A stretch of 63,991 nt of DNA, counting the filler, from Licmophora abbreviata (Eukaryota), in the NCBI GenBank assembly GCA_900291995.1. It is 12 parts of 12 records of this genome, joined end to end, with 100 filler letters (N's around TTAATTAATTAA, not from the genome) between each part and the next. Parts side by side here need not be neighbours in the genome. Positions count along the whole stretch, not along the records: positions 60,643 to 62,683 come from OLMU01003132.1; positions 62,784 to 63,991 come from OLMU01003133.1; 10 more parts are not named here. The stretch is one strand, 5' to 3'. The translations under genes were made by a program, and so were the position numbers. Shown here in pieces: positions 60,797-63,991 of the stretch. The notes beneath the pieces are model-generated. The model saw only the letters and a list, made by a program, of their open reading frames with translations. It did not search any database and had not been told where the DNA came from. Numbering within the stretch: the first letter of the stretch is position 1; every line of letters begins with the position of its first letter.

Positions 60797-61672
60797 ATGA
60801 ACGATCATCGCTTCGTGTTTCTGCTCGCCACAGTGCTGCTGGTACCGTCCGCAACGAGTCTGGCGACCCCTGTCTCTCGCCGCTCCGCGGTCGAGTGGGT
60901 CATCGGCGCTGTCGGGACGATGGGCATCTCCTCGCCACTAATCGCCTCGTCTCGGCCCGCATGGGCCGAGACTCCAGATTCGCTCGACATTGACGCGTAT
61001 CTCAAGCGCGGTGCAGCGAGCAACCCCATGGGGGTCAGTGGGCAGGCTGGAAAGAGTCGACCCGAAACTGGTATTTTGCTGAGGGACGGCAGCGAGGTAT
61101 TCCGCGATGAACGCACTGGAGATGTACTTGCCGAAATCTTGCTCGAGTCGTCCGATGACCAGTCGGGAAAGACTCCCGTACTGGCTAGCTACTCCTCGCC
61201 TTGGCCGCTTGCTAGAGGGACTGTCTTTGATGTGGAGTGTCGTGATGCGAAGACAGGCGATGGTGCCTTTCTCTCAGTCACACCTCCCACCAAGGGCAAA
61301 TCGATTGCTGACTTGAAAGATTCCTTCTTTCTGGACAGTCTCTTGTCCCCGACTGGTCGATTTTCCTTTTACGGTCCACCGACAGATGTCAAAATTCAGA
61401 AGAGTGTGGTCACTGGCGACAGGAGGGTAATGGACTTGTCTTTTTCCACCATCTCGCAAGCTACTCAAACGGAGATTCCAAGGAAAGCCCGATTGATTGC
61501 CACAGTACCGCCAGGATCCACCCAGGCCGTCATGCTGGTTGCTAGTGCATCGGCATTACGTTGGAAGAAGGGGTCCGAACAAGCTATTGGAGCCACAGTG
61601 GACTCATTCCGAGCCATACCGGCACCCAAGACGGCCATGAAGGTGCGCGCAAAGGAACGTCGAGGCGGCTGA
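60797..61672 (+). CDS. Thylakoid-lumen-targeted protein, PsbP-like domain probable
   Basis: Signal peptide, twin-Arg SRR, hydrophobic stretch and AWA cleavage site. PsbP-like end RWKK..I..TVDSFRA. Confidence 0.7.
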   Translation: MNDHRFVFLLATVLLVPSATSLATPVSRRSAVEWVIGAVGTMGISSPLIASSRPAWAETPDSLDIDAYLKRGAASNPMGVSGQAGKSRPETGILLRDGSEVFRDERTGDVLAEILLESSDDQSGKTPVLASYSSPWPLARGTVFDVECRDAKTGDGAFLSVTPPTKGKSIADLKDSFFLDSLLSPTGRFSFYGPPTDVKIQKSVVTGDRRVMDLSFSTISQATQTEIPRKARLIATVPPGSTQAVMLVASASALRWKKGSEQAIGATVDSFRAIPAPKTAMKVRAKERRGG

Positions 61673-62510
61673 TGCTCCTTCGCGGGCTTGCATAGCTAGT
61701 TTCAGTACGTATAGTATCTGTGAAGCAAGTCTCGATCATAGATAGGGAATTGGAAAACATAAACCACAGGCGAACGTGGCGGTGATGGAGCGGCTGGAGT
61801 GTATTAGCTCCGATTCCAAAGTCATGGCCAGCCATGCGGCGTGTTTCGGTGGGCGTCCAAAAGCAGCCAGCCACCCCCTCCCCCGTCCGCACGTATCCGC
61901 TGCTATCATGGGAATTTCAAATAGTCGAACGTCGTGAGGCGAACGCAAGAATAGCGACGATCAGTCTAAGAGTAGAGGGGCTGGTATCGTTAGGATTTCC
62001 TATTTCTAAATTGCCGTTATCATCATGACATAATGAATAATGACCACCCCCGGGGTAGGATTTGATGATATTACTATTATCTTTATTCAGTCGTGGATGT
62101 CAATTTTATGAATCTCTTCGTTGACATTAAAGTTTTTGTACACTCAGTTATGTATTTAGTGTCCTACATTGTTGGCTAGACACTTATGTTGTTACATGTG
62201 TGACACAACCGACAGGCGCTCAATGTAAAATAGATAGAAAAGGCTTGTCTCATCATTTTGCCGCGGCGCGCCAAAAAAGCCATTGGCGTGAAGCTAAAAT
62301 CCGAAAAAAGCGCGCGAAACATCTCTTTGCATCATCACTGCCAAAAAAGACAATGATTGCGTGATGCTCAAGAGATTCCCGGGATCACTTTCTTTTGCCA
62401 TATTATACCGCCGCCGAAAAAACCGCTGAGTGAATCTCAGGCCCCATTCGAAAGGCCCCGGGGGTCACGTTAACTGTTTGCCTCACCCGACTAGCAGACC
62501 CACTTAGACA

Positions 62511-63991
62511 ATGAGAGCCTGGTTCTCTAGTCTCCTCAAGCTGAAAACGGTCGTCTTTCTCGCTGCCGCCGTCAGTAATCTCGGCACCGCTGCAGCACGT
62601 AACTTTCAAAAGGGCGTGCCTCTTTACTCGGCACAGTCGTGCGACGCGCTCACTCCGCACACGTCCTCGCAATGGTGGTATTCNNNNNNNNNNNNNNNNN
62701 NNNNNNNNNNNNNNNNNNNNNNNNNNNTTAATTAATTAANNNNNNNNNNNNNNNNNNNNNNNNNNNNNNNNNNNNNNNNNNNNAATCTCGGCACCGCTGC
62801 AGCACGTAACTTTCAAAAGGGCGTGCCTCTTTACTCGGCACAGTCGTGCGACGCGCTTACTCCGCACACGTCCTCGCAATGGTGGTATTCGTGGTCCACG
62901 ACAACTGGCTTCACTGGTAAAAAACGTTCTTTGTGTGATCGTCCCGAGCAAGCGGTAAGCAAGATAAGGGATGCCGGGATGGAATTCGTTCCCATGTTTT
63001 GGGGCTCTGTTCCTTCTCTACCGCTCGATAGCGAGACCGAGACGAACCTACAGGAGGCAAGCTACTTGCTGACCTTCAACGAGCCTGACCGCACAGATCA
63101 GTCCAATATCCTGCCCGCAGATGCGGCGCAGCTGTGGCCTCAAATCGAGAAGATCGCGGGTGACTACGGTCTTGAACTGGTAGCTCCATGCACGACGGGC
63201 AATAGAATAGGACTGGACTGGTATGACGAGTGGCTCGGGAATTGTACTATGCTGTACGGTTCAAGCTCTTGCGTCTTTGATTACACGTGTGCACATCTTT
63301 ATTATCAGCCCTGGGATGATGCCCTTGGATCCTGCGGCCCTGACGTGGTCGAATGGGCCTGCATTGGCAACCAAGCAATCAAGGCGTCCACAAGGATCAA
63401 CCAGTGGTATGATAGGTACGGAAAAGAGATGTGGCTCACTGAGTTTGCCTGTGGGTTTGGCATCGAAGGTGAAACGGGCTGCCCCGAAGCACGGCAGTTA
63501 GCTCTTATGGAGCAAATGCTGCCGATACTGCACGACAATCCAGCTGTATTTCGCTACTCTTGGTATAGTGCATTCAATATCGATTGGGTGCACAACAGTC
63601 TCAATGAGCTGGTCTGGGACGTATCTAAAGCACAGATCTGTCGCAACACAGAATGGCTCAACCACTTCGGAACTCAAGACGGACATTTTAAGGACTTGCA
63701 CGAGTGCATTACAGCCGCTGATGATAGACCTGACTGCGCGTCGCCACTTTCACTGTCAATGAGCAATAGCAACTGTTTTTGCGCCACCGATAGATGCGAT
63801 GTCCTGGATAGCGCTCACAGTTCAATGTGGACCTTCAAAGAGGTCGGGCCAAGGAGTCCATCTGCCTTGACGCCCCTGGGTGAGTACTACAACAACTACG
63901 ATGGAGAGACCGAAGAAGAGGACGCCGGTGAGGATGGCTTTCGGTCGCCTGCACGCTGCTTCTCAGGACACACTACTGTTGTGGTAAGGGG
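62511..63991 (+). CDS. Secreted GH128 (Glyco_hydro_cc) beta-1,3-glucanase-like protein with a Cys-rich insert and the start of a probable Hint domain (runs off the window)
   Basis: 62577-62683 duplicates 62784-62890, so the gap is false. The merged frame is open to the window end: WWYSW, EFVPMFWG, LTFNEPD, WLTEFA, RYSWY, LTPLGEYY, then CFSGHTTVVVR. Confidence 0.85.

Noticed and set aside
8104..62783. Eleven copies of TTAATTAATTAA as a repeat family or CRISPR-like array
   Set aside because: Every copy sits in the middle of a 100-bp N-run and provides six-frame stops, so it is an assembly linker.
1..63991. tRNA, rRNA, transposase or reverse transcriptase genes
   Set aside because: None recognised by eye. 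tRNAscan-SE, Infernal and repeat searches were not run, so small RNAs could be missed.

Overview
Gene-dense eukaryotic nuclear DNA, about 50% GC, with short GT-AG introns. Bipartite plastid presequences and an EF-hand-bearing KEA3 point to a diatom, probably a pennate one (inferred, not proven). It is a draft scaffold with 11 artificial 100-bp gaps (N-run, TTAATTAATTAA, N-run); at least three of these are false gaps with duplicated flanks. Several single-base frameshifts fall at codon third positions and look like consensus errors at heterozygous sites. About 40 protein genes can be supported, including MTA/SAH nucleosidase, homocysteine methyltransferase, ADAT3, plastid RF2, DNAJC2, CcdA, MOCS2A, a Sec6-like protein, a TPR-DUSP-MYND-USP protein, an SR protein, KEA3, MGMT, agmatine deiminase and RPL12. 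I found no RNA gene, CRISPR array or transposon. Most notable: (1) a ~1100-aa HAD + methyltransferase + MDR dehydrogenase fusion, visible only after closing a false gap; (2) a ~430-aa 7-TM protein with gustatory-receptor-like (7TMIC) topology, hidden by a frameshift; (3) a secreted GH128 glucanase with a Cys-rich insert, running into a probable Hint autoprocessing domain and largely missed by the ORF track; (4) an imine-reductase-like enzyme with a signal peptide and KEEL; (5) a head-to-head MTN/HMT pair. All family calls come from motif recognition by eye, not database searches.
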